From: Candidatus Omnitrophota bacterium
Lineage (GTDB): Bacteria; Omnitrophota; Gorgyraeia; 2-01-FULL-45-10
Assembly: GCA_028715345.1 (NCBI GenBank)
Contig: JAQUSB010000009.1
Coordinates: 1-56,370, forward strand
DNA length: 56,370 bases
Reading direction: 5' to 3'
Shown here: positions 17,722 through 28,088 of the stretch, piece by piece
Position numbering within the stretch: position 1 is the first letter of the stretch
Layout: every line of letters starts with the position of its first letter
Made by a program: the position numbers and the translations under genes
Notes under the pieces: model-generated
Databases searched by the model: none
What the model saw: only the letters and a program-made list of their open reading frames with translations
What the model was told of the DNA's origin: nothing

Positions 17722-19011
17722 TCACTTTTTCAATATGTCTTTCAGATCTTTTTCGGGAGTCGTTATAAGTTTCAGGTCAAATTTATCCTGCAATACCTTG
17801 AATACACCCGGAGTGATAAATGCCGGCGCAGTCGGGCCGACCCTTATCCCTTTGATGTCGAGGGCCAGGAGCGTCAGGAGTATCGCGACCGCCTTCTGCT
17901 CGAACCATGACAGCACAAGCGACAGCGGCAGCTCATTGACACCGCATTTGAACGCTCCGGCAAGCGCGATCGCTACCTGTATGGCCGAATATGCGTTGTT
18001 GCACTGCCCGACGTCTATAAGCCGCGGGATGCCGTCTATCTGGCCGAAGTCGAGTTTGTTGAAACGGTATTTACCGCATGCTAAGGTAAGTATAACACAA
18101 TCTTTCGGCACCATTTCGGCAAATTCCGTGTAATAATTTCTTCCCGGCTTCGCGCCGTCGCATCCGCCTATAAGAAAGAAATGTTTTATCTTACCGCTCT
18201 TTACGGCGCCTACTATCTTATCCGCTATGCTTAAGATGAACGTGTGATGAAATCCGGTCATTATCTTTTTGCCCGGCGCTTCCGGCAAAGGCGGCAGCGA
18301 TTTGGCGCGTTTAATAACACCTGAAAAATCCCTGTTCGTCACGTGCACCGCGCCCGGAATGCCGGTTACGCCTGTCGTGTAAAGCCGGTCGAGGTATGAA
18401 TTTGCGGGCGGTATCAAAACACAGTTCGTGGTCGCCAGTATCGCTCCGCTGAAAGCATTGAACTCTTTCTTCTGCTCCTGCCAGGCGCCGCCGTAATTAC
18501 CGGCAAGGTGCTTGAATTTCTTAAGCTCCGGATACCCGTGGGCGGGAAGCATCTCCGAATGCGTATAGACGTTTATGCCCGTCCCTTCGGTCTGTTTCAA
18601 TAACTCATACAGGTCGAGGAGGTCGTGGCCTGTGATCAATATGCCGGGACCTGCCCTGGTGCCGGTATCGACTTCGACGGGAGAGGGTTTGCCGAACCTG
18701 TCCGTATGCGCTTTATCGAGGAGTTCCATGACCCTAAGGTTCATCTTACCGCACCGTAAGACCATATCGAGGTGCTGGCCCAGGTCAAAGCTGACATTCG
18801 TTATCGTCTTGAAAAGAGCCTCGTGCATAAACGCGTCGACTTCTTCATCTCTTGCGCCCAGTTCCCGCGCGTGGAACGCGTAAGCGGCTATGCCTTTTAG
18901 CCCGAATAGCAGTATATCCTGAAGGCTCTGTATATCCTCGTTCTTACCGCACACCCCGACTTTAGTGCATCCGGATCCGCCGGCCGTTTGTTCACATTGA
19001 TAGCAAAACAT
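17722..19011 (-). CDS. hcp: Hybrid cluster protein (hydroxylamine/NO reductase), short form
   Basis: N-terminal MFCYQCEQTAGGSGCTKVGVCGK cubane-cluster motif. At 429 aa it is consistent with the short (class III-like) Hcp. Confidence 0.9.
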   Translation of the reverse strand: MFCYQCEQTAGGSGCTKVGVCGKNEDIQSLQDILLFGLKGIAAYAFHARELGARDEEVDAFMHEALFKTITNVSFDLGQHLDMVLRCGKMNLRVMELLDKAHTDRFGKPSPVEVDTGTRAGPGILITGHDLLDLYELLKQTEGTGINVYTHSEMLPAHGYPELKKFKHLAGNYGGAWQEQKKEFNAFSGAILATTNCVLIPPANSYLDRLYTTGVTGIPGAVHVTNRDFSGVIKRAKSLPPLPEAPGKKIMTGFHHTFILSIADKIVGAVKSGKIKHFFLIGGCDGAKPGRNYYTEFAEMVPKDCVILTLACGKYRFNKLDFGQIDGIPRLIDVGQCNNAYSAIQVAIALAGAFKCGVNELPLSLVLSWFEQKAVAILLTLLALDIKGIRVGPTAPAFITPGVFKVLQDKFDLKLITTPEKDLKDILKK

Positions 19012-19024
19012 ATGGTCCCTCCCT

Positions 19025-19255
19025 TTATTTTACATACATGATCTTATACCCCGCGCATATCTTTGCATATGCGCACCAGTCAAAACAACTCTGCCCCATA
19101 TCCCGCGTAACTTTAATTTTGCAATTTTGGCATTCAGCCGAGGTTTCGTCCGTCCACACTTCCACGTCCCTGCCGCAAGACGGACAGCTTACCGACCGCG
19201 GCTCCGGCTGTTTGAATCTGGCTGATCCCGGACAACTGAATATCATTTCAGGCAC
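19025..19255 (-). CDS. Small Cys-rich protein (putative zinc-ribbon), function unknown
   Basis: 76 aa with CPxxxxx, CPSCG and CQNC pairs plus a C-terminal CFDWCAYAKIC. Translationally coupled between the Fe-S protein gene and hcp. I do not recognise a family. Confidence 0.5.
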   Translation of the reverse strand: MPEMIFSCPGSARFKQPEPRSVSCPSCGRDVEVWTDETSAECQNCKIKVTRDMGQSCFDWCAYAKICAGYKIMYVK

Positions 19256-19896
19256 GCCCCTTTTATGCTTATGACCGTTTCTTCGAACGGCACGTCTTTA
19301 CCGGAAGCGGCGATAGCTTCTTTGGCCGCTGTGACTAACCCCGAACAGCACGGCACTTCCATGCGCGCGTATGTTATCGCTTTTATCGTATTATTTTTTA
19401 TGATCTCGGTTATCTTTTCTTTATATAACCGCAGGTCGTCAAGTTTCGGGCACCCCACCATCAGGATTTTGCCTTTTAATAATTTTTCGTGGAAATCCGG
19501 ATAGGCGAAAGGCACGCAATCCGCGGCTATCAAAATATCCGCATCTTTAAAATAAGGCGCGTTCGCCGGTATCAATTTTATCTGGACCGGCCAATTGGAT
19601 AAAGGTGCTTCGCCTCCGGAGCTCATCATTTTAGAGCCGGGGCACCCGGAATGCATATGGGCATGCTTCTTCCCGGCTTTTGTTTCATCGAAATCGACGG
19701 CCTCCCTCTCCTCTATAGTGATCGCACCCTGAGGGCAATGGCCGAGGCAAGCACCAAGCCCGTCACAGAGGACGTCGCTTACAAGTCTCGCCTTGCCGCC
19801 TGCGATCTTTATAGCGCCTTCTGCGCAATTGGGCACGCACAAACCGCAGCCGTTGCATTTTTTCTCATCTATCTTCACTATATTTCTCTTGGCCAT
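19243..19896 (-). CDS. 2x[4Fe-4S] ferredoxin-domain protein with a Cys-containing C-terminal domain (putative Hcp redox partner)
   Basis: CNGCGLCVPNC and CDGLGACLGHCP motifs, then a domain of about 130 aa with GCPKLD and VPCCSG. Confidence 0.65.
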   Translation of the reverse strand: MAKRNIVKIDEKKCNGCGLCVPNCAEGAIKIAGGKARLVSDVLCDGLGACLGHCPQGAITIEEREAVDFDETKAGKKHAHMHSGCPGSKMMSSGGEAPLSNWPVQIKLIPANAPYFKDADILIAADCVPFAYPDFHEKLLKGKILMVGCPKLDDLRLYKEKITEIIKNNTIKAITYARMEVPCCSGLVTAAKEAIAASGKDVPFEETVISIKGACLK

Positions 19897-19898
19897 GC

Positions 19899-20300
19899 TT
19901 AACCTTTCAATAACTCGGCTATCGTTATCTTACCCAGCTCCGAGACGACATGTTTTTCTATTCTGTCTATCTTCCGTTTCAGAGGGCAGACTTTCCTGTT
20001 CGGACATAGATCTTTTTTTAATAAACATTCGTTCAGGGTGACCGGACCCTGAAAAGCCTTCGCGACTTCCACTATATATATATTATCAGCGGGAAGCGCC
20101 GGCCTGAACCCGCCGCCCACCCCTTTATAGGACTTTATAAAACCTTTCTTTACCAGGCGCTGTAATATTTTCCTCAAAAACGGCCTCGGCACCTTGAGGG
20201 CTTTTACAAGTTCCGGCACGGCGACTACCCTGCCTTCCTCTTTTACGATAAACGCCAGCGCCCTTATCCCGTAATCCGTATTGCGCGTCAGGAGCTTCAT
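19899..20300 (-). CDS. Rrf2-family transcriptional regulator (Fe-S type, NsrR/IscR-like)
   Basis: MKLLTRNTDYGIRALAFI winged-helix N-terminus and a C-terminal three-Cys pattern (ECLLKKDLCPNRKVCP). I prefer the ATG at 20300 over the GTG at 20318, which lies inside the predicted promoter. Confidence 0.8.
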   Translation of the reverse strand: MKLLTRNTDYGIRALAFIVKEEGRVVAVPELVKALKVPRPFLRKILQRLVKKGFIKSYKGVGGGFRPALPADNIYIVEVAKAFQGPVTLNECLLKKDLCPNRKVCPLKRKIDRIEKHVVSELGKITIAELLKG

Positions 20301-20308
20301 ATGGATAA

Positions 20309-20337
20309 AAGATACCACAATAGTATCATTTTGTCAA
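20309..20337 (-). promoter_or_regulatory. Candidate promoter for the Rrf2-hcp operon
   Basis: The minus strand reads TTGACA (20337..20332), a 17-nt spacer, then TATCTT (20314..20309). The -10 box is weak and only 8 nt from the ATG, so the mRNA would be nearly leaderless. Confidence 0.35.
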
Positions 20338-20347
20338 GTAAAAAATA

Positions 20348-20395
20348 GGGACAGATACCTATTTTTTAAACCATTAGAAAATAGGTATCTGTCCC
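20348..20395 (-). terminator. Rho-independent terminator downstream of gap
   Basis: Perfect 18-bp stem, GGGACAGATACCTATTTT (20348..20365) pairing with AAAATAGGTATCTGTCCC (20378..20395), with a 12-nt loop. It is followed on the minus strand by TATTTTT. The stem sequence is shared with 8037..8080. Confidence 0.8.
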
Positions 20396-20400
20396 CCTTT

Positions 20401-22498
<2,098 letters not shown>

Positions 22499-22501
22499 AG
22501 A

Positions 22502-23539
22502 TCAAATCTTGGCCTCCGTCACCGACTTGCATGCGTCTTCGGGCGGCAGAGGGTTTATGTAAAATCCGCTGCCCCACTCGAACCCGGCTACCCGAGTAAG
22601 TATAGGCAACAGTTCAAAATGCCAATGGTAATCGTGTTCGATCGTCTCCCAGTATCCTCGTTTCCCGGCGTCGCGCCTGAACGGGGCCGTGTGCAGGACA
22701 AAATTAAACGGAAAGTCGCCGATGACTTTACGCATCCTGGCAGATAACGTCATTATGATCTCCGCCAGGTCGGGTACTTTTTCCCTTTCCATCTTGTAAA
22801 AATCGCAGGAATGCTGCTTTGGTATGATCCACGTCTCGAAAGGAAAACGCGACGCGAATGCCGCCAGCGCCACAAAATGCTTTGTTTCCGCCATGACACG
22901 CTTCCCCGCCTTGAGTTCCTGTTTCACCATATCGCAGAAGAGACATCTCTCCCTGTGCCCGTAATAGACCCTGCAGCCGGCAAGTTCCTCTTTGACCCTT
23001 TTTAGGTTTACCGGCGTGCCGATGACCTGCGTCCTGGCGTGTTTAATATGGCCGCCGCCGGCAGCTTCCCCGTAATTTTTGAACACAAGAACATACTTTA
23101 TATCTTTGTCCTTTTCTAGGTCCTGCACCCTGTCCAGGATCATATTGAAACTTTTGATAGCTTGCTCCTTCGACAGGTCGGCTTCCTTAATATGTTTGGG
23201 GGATTCTACGATTATCTCGTGCGCGCCGCGCGCGTACATCAGATCGTACATACCGTGGCCGTGCCGGTCGAGGCTGCCTTCTATCTGTAAAAGCGGCGAG
23301 ATGCTCGGTATGACGCGCACTTCCCAGCCTGGAGCGTTCGGGCGGGTGCCGCGATGCCTTATCGCGGTTATCTCCGGAGGGGTCATGCTTTCATTGCCTT
23401 CGCAGAACGGGCACTTCTCGCCCTCTCCGAGATCTTCGTTTTGCGCCGCGGCCTGGCCGAATTGATCCGGCCGCTTGGCCCTCTCGGTCGATATTATGAC
23501 CCATCTTCCTACGACCGGATCTCGCCTTAATTCAGGCAT
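22502..23539 (-). CDS. GalT-family paralogue with a degenerate active site (HARTQ in place of HPHxQ)
   Basis: Alignable along its length with the downstream paralogue (CPFC, GAHEIIV, FKNYG, RCLFCD, YHWH, VAGFEWGSGFY). The position of the nucleophile His is occupied by Arg. Confidence 0.7.
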   Translation of the reverse strand: MPELRRDPVVGRWVIISTERAKRPDQFGQAAAQNEDLGEGEKCPFCEGNESMTPPEITAIRHRGTRPNAPGWEVRVIPSISPLLQIEGSLDRHGHGMYDLMYARGAHEIIVESPKHIKEADLSKEQAIKSFNMILDRVQDLEKDKDIKYVLVFKNYGEAAGGGHIKHARTQVIGTPVNLKRVKEELAGCRVYYGHRERCLFCDMVKQELKAGKRVMAETKHFVALAAFASRFPFETWIIPKQHSCDFYKMEREKVPDLAEIIMTLSARMRKVIGDFPFNFVLHTAPFRRDAGKRGYWETIEHDYHWHFELLPILTRVAGFEWGSGFYINPLPPEDACKSVTEAKI

Positions 23540-23543
23540 ATCA

Positions 23544-24851
23544 CTAACTCCTGTCCTTCAGAAATACAAGGAAATCGCTGGGATTGACAACGCCCAGGAT
23601 ATTCCCGTTCTCGTCTTTCACTATTATAAGCTCGCCCTTTCTCGCCTCGACCTTTGCAAGCGCCGATTTCAGCGAAGTCTGCGGGCTGACCGTGATGAAC
23701 TTCCTCTGCATTACCTTGGTGACCGAAGAATCGAGCTCCCGCACTATCGCCTCGGGTATCTTCAGCACCACTTCTTTATTTATGCTCTTCAGCTTTTCTC
23801 TGACAAAATCGTAAAGCTTGGAGATGAGTATCCTTTTATAGCTTATGGCGATAGGCACGAACGGCTTGCCTTCGATAAAATTGAGGTGCGTCTCGAGCGT
23901 CGATTGCCCGGTCTCCTGGTCTATCGCCAAAAGATACCGTAAAGAGCTGTCAGGTATCTCATCCACCCTCTCGGCAGGGATCGCGGCAAGGTAGGCCAAT
24001 TCATACGCATCCTTTTCATCGAGATCGAGGAACGGATAATTTTCCTTTATGTAAAGGGAAAGCTCTTTGTCCTGGTCCCTGTATACGCTCACATATTTTT
24101 CGAGAGTATCTATGGCGTCGGACAGGAAAACGCCCAGAGCGACATCGACGCTGTACAAGAGCCCGCTCGCCACTATGGCGCCGTCATCCGATTGCCCCGG
24201 CCCGACGTGGTGGCGTATGTAAAGCCACTTCATATATTTGGCGGCGCTGTGCTTCAATTTGACGTCTTCGGCTATCAGGCCGCATGATCTGAAATAATTT
24301 ATCCTGTCTTCGTTCTCCTGGTGGGCCAGCTGCTCGGCGTCAAGCCCCATCTCTTCCATTATCTTCGTATTTACAAGATAGCATTTGCCGTAGCCTATGT
24401 TTATGCTGTACAAGCCTTGCGTCTTTTTTCTTATATCCGGATCGTCCCTCAAGCCCCCCAGATACAGCCCTTTTAAAACGTCATGATAATTTACGGTGCG
24501 CTCTTTGAATTGAGGTATGCCTAAAAGCGGCCTGCCGTTCCGCGTCACAAGCCTGTCACGCGGATCGTCGGCAAATACGCTGTCCACATATTCGACTATC
24601 TCATCGATCAGCTCCTGCCGTTTATTCTTCACCACTTTGGCGGAACGTCCGAGAGCACTCACGATGTCCTCCATCGTGGTATTGACGAACGAACGCTTGT
24701 TGAAAATACCCGCGCCGTTATGCGCTCTGCCTTCTATCGACTGCATGAAGACGAGCTCTTCGATCCTCGGTATGGTGCATAGCCTTTCCTGGGTCTTGAG
24801 ATTGTGAAAATCCTGCTGGATAAGTTCTTTAGGCGCTATTTTTTTCGGCAT
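23544..24851 (-). CDS. Hypothetical protein with a single C-terminal CBS motif
   Basis: 435 aa. The last 60 aa or so (VMQRKFITVSPQTSLKSALAKVEARKGELIIVKDENGNILGVVNPSDF) look like one CBS repeat. I recognise no family in the N-terminal 370 aa. Confidence 0.55.
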   Translation of the reverse strand: MPKKIAPKELIQQDFHNLKTQERLCTIPRIEELVFMQSIEGRAHNGAGIFNKRSFVNTTMEDIVSALGRSAKVVKNKRQELIDEIVEYVDSVFADDPRDRLVTRNGRPLLGIPQFKERTVNYHDVLKGLYLGGLRDDPDIRKKTQGLYSINIGYGKCYLVNTKIMEEMGLDAEQLAHQENEDRINYFRSCGLIAEDVKLKHSAAKYMKWLYIRHHVGPGQSDDGAIVASGLLYSVDVALGVFLSDAIDTLEKYVSVYRDQDKELSLYIKENYPFLDLDEKDAYELAYLAAIPAERVDEIPDSSLRYLLAIDQETGQSTLETHLNFIEGKPFVPIAISYKRILISKLYDFVREKLKSINKEVVLKIPEAIVRELDSSVTKVMQRKFITVSPQTSLKSALAKVEARKGELIIVKDENGNILGVVNPSDFLVFLKDRS

Positions 24852-24879
24852 ATTGTGGAATTATATCATAGAGGGGATT

Positions 24880-25839
24880 TTATTTAAAGGAATTTAGCCG
24901 CCCCGCGGAGAACTTGTAGCCCCTCGCTATCCGGTGGCCGCGTATAAAAGAATCGGCGTCGAGAGGTTTTTTGCCTTCTAACTGCAGATATTGTATGGCT
25001 ATCATGCCGTTACCCGTATTGACTATGATCCCTTTTCCTTTAATTATATCGGCGACCTGGCCGCTTCCTGCGCCTTCGGCCGGCGCGGACGATAATTCCG
25101 TCTTTAATACCTTCAGTATCTTGCCGTCGTAGTAAGTATACGCCCCGGGCCACGGTACAAAGCCGCGGACTTTATTATGGATCTTGGCCGCGCTCTCGTT
25201 CCAGTCGATCAGGCCGTCCTCTTTTTTCAGTTTCGGCGCGTATGTCGCTTTTGCGCCGTCCTGCTTCTCCGGTTCCATTTTGCCGGCGGCGATAAGGCCG
25301 ATCGCTTCGATAAGGGCTTCGGCGCCCAGGCCGGATAACTTATCCGTCAGGGTGACATTCGTATCGCCTTCATCCACTGCGATCTCGCGCTTTAATACTA
25401 TGTCCCCCTCGTCCATCTTTTCGTTCATCTTTATCACGGTGACGCCGCTCTTTTCGTCCCCGTTTATTATCGCCCAATTTGTAGGCGCCGCCCCGCGGTA
25501 TTTCGGCAGGAGCGAACCGTGGACATTCACGGCGCATAATTTAGGGATGGAGAGTATGCTGTTCTTCAATATCTGCCCGAACGATATCACGACGAAGAGG
25601 TCTGCGCCCAGCTTCTTTAAGTGATCCGCGGATCCCGCGTCCGATGCGTCGGCGGGCTGGAAGACCGGGATGCCTTTTGTCAGGGCGAGGACCTTCGCCG
25701 GCGGAGGCGAAAGCTTAAGATCCCTGCCGCGCGGCCTGTCCGGCTGCGTAACGACAGCGAGTATCCTGTGGCCGGCTTTTATAAGCGCTTCGATCGACGG
25801 CAGCGCAAACTCCGATGTGCCGAAAAACACGATGTTCAT
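24880..25839 (-). CDS. fmt: Methionyl-tRNA formyltransferase
   Basis: MNIVFFGTSEFALPSIEAL, VVTQPDRPRGR and NVHGSLLPKYRGAAP motifs. The start is set at the internal ATG at 25839. Confidence 0.9.
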   Translation of the reverse strand: MNIVFFGTSEFALPSIEALIKAGHRILAVVTQPDRPRGRDLKLSPPPAKVLALTKGIPVFQPADASDAGSADHLKKLGADLFVVISFGQILKNSILSIPKLCAVNVHGSLLPKYRGAAPTNWAIINGDEKSGVTVIKMNEKMDEGDIVLKREIAVDEGDTNVTLTDKLSGLGAEALIEAIGLIAAGKMEPEKQDGAKATYAPKLKKEDGLIDWNESAAKIHNKVRGFVPWPGAYTYYDGKILKVLKTELSSAPAEGAGSGQVADIIKGKGIIVNTGNGMIAIQYLQLEGKKPLDADSFIRGHRIARGYKFSAGRLNSFK

Positions 25840-25847
25840 AAACTCCT

Positions 25848-26076
25848 CAAAATTTTTCGCTATAGTCACCGAGGAATTCCCTTTCGGGATTGTGCCTCGC
25901 TGGGACGCGCAATTTTCAGCCATGTGAAAATTGCGCTCGGTAAAATTTCTCGTACGCTGCCTCGAAATTTTAACGCCCCGCTCGGCACGAATCCCTACGG
26001 GAATTCCTCCGAACGAAACTAAAAATTTTTCGTCGCTAAGCGTATGTTTAGAAATATGGCGTTGCGAAAAATTTTA
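25848..26076. other. Densely structured spacer with nested inverted repeats and reiterated AAAATTTT-type motifs
   Basis: A perfect 12-bp stem (25907..25918 pairs with 25925..25936). A 9-bp stem (25941..25949 pairs with 25964..25972). An outer 11-bp repeat GAGGAATTCCC (25871..25881) pairs with 25999..26009. The motif GCGAAAAATTTT or a variant occurs at 25848..25860, 26021..26036 and 26063..26075. Confidence 0.6.
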
Positions 26077-26087
26077 CTATCCTCATT

Positions 26088-28088
26088 CTACATAGATACC
26101 GGGTCGACGTCAACGGCTATCAATACGCCGTACGGCTTTCTGAAAGCGCCGAGCACTTTTTTTAACAGCTCGCATATGGCCGGCCGGTCCTTGTTCTTCA
26201 GTATGATATTATACCTGTAGTAGCCCCTCATCCTCAATATCGGCGCGGGCGCGGGCCCTGATATAAGCATAGACGGCGCCTGGCGGGCTATCGCCTGCTT
26301 CAATTCCCCCGCAACTTTGGCGGCCAGGGCATCGTTTCTCGCGCGGACAGTCACCTTAGTCAGGTTTATGAAAGGAGGATATTGCAGTTCTTTGCGGGCA
26401 ATGATCTCTTCGTGATAAAATTTTTCGTAATCGTGTTTGGCGGCGCAAAGTATCGCGTAATGGCCCGGAGTGTATGTCTGTATTATGACCTCTCCCCCGT
26501 CCTCACCCCTGCCGGCCCTGCCGCCTACCTGCGTCAGCAGGTTGAACGTCCGCTCGCTCGCCCTGAAATCCGGGATGTTCAGGCTCACGTCCGCCGAAAC
26601 GACCCCTACGAGCGTAACTTCGGGGAAATCGAGCCCTTTGGCTATCATCTGCGTCCCGACGAGAAGATTCACCCCGCCCGTCTTGAACTGTCCGAGTATC
26701 CTGTCGTGCGAGCCTCTCTTTTCGGTGGTGTCCGAATCCATCCTCGCTATCTTCGCGTGAGGAAAGCTGTGGCTTATCTCGGATTCTACTTTTTCTGTGC
26801 CCAGGCCCAGATATTTTATGTAGTCCGATTTGCAGCTCGGGCAGATGTCGGGCGCATTGGCAGTGTAATTGCAGTAATGGCACAAAAGCTTTTTCGTTTC
26901 GAAATGATAAACTAAGACGGTATCGCATCTTTTACATTTCACCACATAACCGCATTTCTTGCAGTTAACGAACGTGGAAAAACCGCGTCGGTTCAGGAAT
27001 ATTATCGCCTGTTTCCCGGCTTTCAGCGTATTTGCCACCGCATCCAGGAAGACTTTTGAAAAGATGGTGATCCGCTTTCTTGTAGCGAGTTCCATCCGCA
27101 TATCCACGATCTTCGCTTTCGGCAGAAGGCGCTCGTCTATCCTCTTCGTAAGCTTGATGAGCTTATACTCGCCCGACAGGGCCTTGTGATACGCTTCGCA
27201 GGACGGCGTAGCGGTCCCAAGTATCAGGGGACAGCTGTTGAGCCTGGCGCGCTCTTCGGCAACGTCCCGGGCGTGATATCGCGGGACGTCGTCCTGCTTG
27301 TAAGAGGTCTCGTGCTCCTCGTCTATTATTATGAGCCCGAGGTTTTTGACGGGCGCGAATACGGCCGAACGCGCCCCCACTACGATATTGGCTTTGCCGT
27401 CCTTTATCCTCTTCCATTCCAAGAATTTTTTGGCCGGGGTAAGCCGTGAATGTATGACCGCGACATGGCCGCCGAAACGCGACGAGAAGCGCTCTATAGT
27501 CTGCGGGGTCAGGGATATTTCCGGCACAAGCACTATCGCCTGCCGGCCGGATCTCAGGACATGCTCGATCGCCTGCATATAAACTTCGGTTTTGCCGCTC
27601 GCCGTTATGCCGTGAAGCAGAAATGTCCTGTACTCATGTTTATCGACGGAGCCTGTCACTGATTTGAGGGCGCGCGACTGTTCTTCCATAAGGTCGTGCG
27701 GCGTAGATCGCGGAAATGTTTCGGCCGGAGGCTCCGATGCCTTCAGCCTCGAGCCTATAGCTTCTCTGCCTTTTTTTATGCCTGCGGGTATGACTGCCGC
27801 TATCGCCTCGCCCCACGAGCAGCAATAATTATCTTTGACCCATTTTGTAAGCTTCAGCATCTCTTCGCTCAAAACAGGCTCTTTATCTATCATGGAGACG
27901 AGGGGCTTCACATCTTTCACGTCGGATTCATCGCTCAAACCGACGACGTAGCCGACCACGGCCCTGTTCTGAAAAGAAACAAAGACACGTTTGCCTATCT
28001 TTATCTCTTCCGCTAAATTATCGGGGATCGAATAGTGAAAGGTCCTGTCTATAGGCAGGGCTACCGCAACTTGCGCAAATCTCGCCAT
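26088..28088 (-). CDS. priA: Primosomal protein N' (PriA replication-restart helicase)
   Basis: Walker A GITASGKTEVY, DEEH box, the Cys-rich zinc insert (CKKCGYVVKCKRCD...CHYCNY...CPSC), and helicase motif VI GRAGRG. The start is set at the ATG at 28088, overlapping the udg stop. Confidence 0.9.
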   Translation of the reverse strand: MARFAQVAVALPIDRTFHYSIPDNLAEEIKIGKRVFVSFQNRAVVGYVVGLSDESDVKDVKPLVSMIDKEPVLSEEMLKLTKWVKDNYCCSWGEAIAAVIPAGIKKGREAIGSRLKASEPPAETFPRSTPHDLMEEQSRALKSVTGSVDKHEYRTFLLHGITASGKTEVYMQAIEHVLRSGRQAIVLVPEISLTPQTIERFSSRFGGHVAVIHSRLTPAKKFLEWKRIKDGKANIVVGARSAVFAPVKNLGLIIIDEEHETSYKQDDVPRYHARDVAEERARLNSCPLILGTATPSCEAYHKALSGEYKLIKLTKRIDERLLPKAKIVDMRMELATRKRITIFSKVFLDAVANTLKAGKQAIIFLNRRGFSTFVNCKKCGYVVKCKRCDTVLVYHFETKKLLCHYCNYTANAPDICPSCKSDYIKYLGLGTEKVESEISHSFPHAKIARMDSDTTEKRGSHDRILGQFKTGGVNLLVGTQMIAKGLDFPEVTLVGVVSADVSLNIPDFRASERTFNLLTQVGGRAGRGEDGGEVIIQTYTPGHYAILCAAKHDYEKFYHEEIIARKELQYPPFINLTKVTVRARNDALAAKVAGELKQAIARQAPSMLISGPAPAPILRMRGYYRYNIILKNKDRPAICELLKKVLGAFRKPYGVLIAVDVDPVSM

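Noticed and set aside
8725-19011. Possible selenocysteine (in-frame TGA) or split redox genes
   Set aside because: All the redox genes (trxB, grx-like, SOR, FDP, tpx, hcp) are single uninterrupted ORFs with Cys at the active sites. No adjacent same-frame ORF pairs are separated by TGA.
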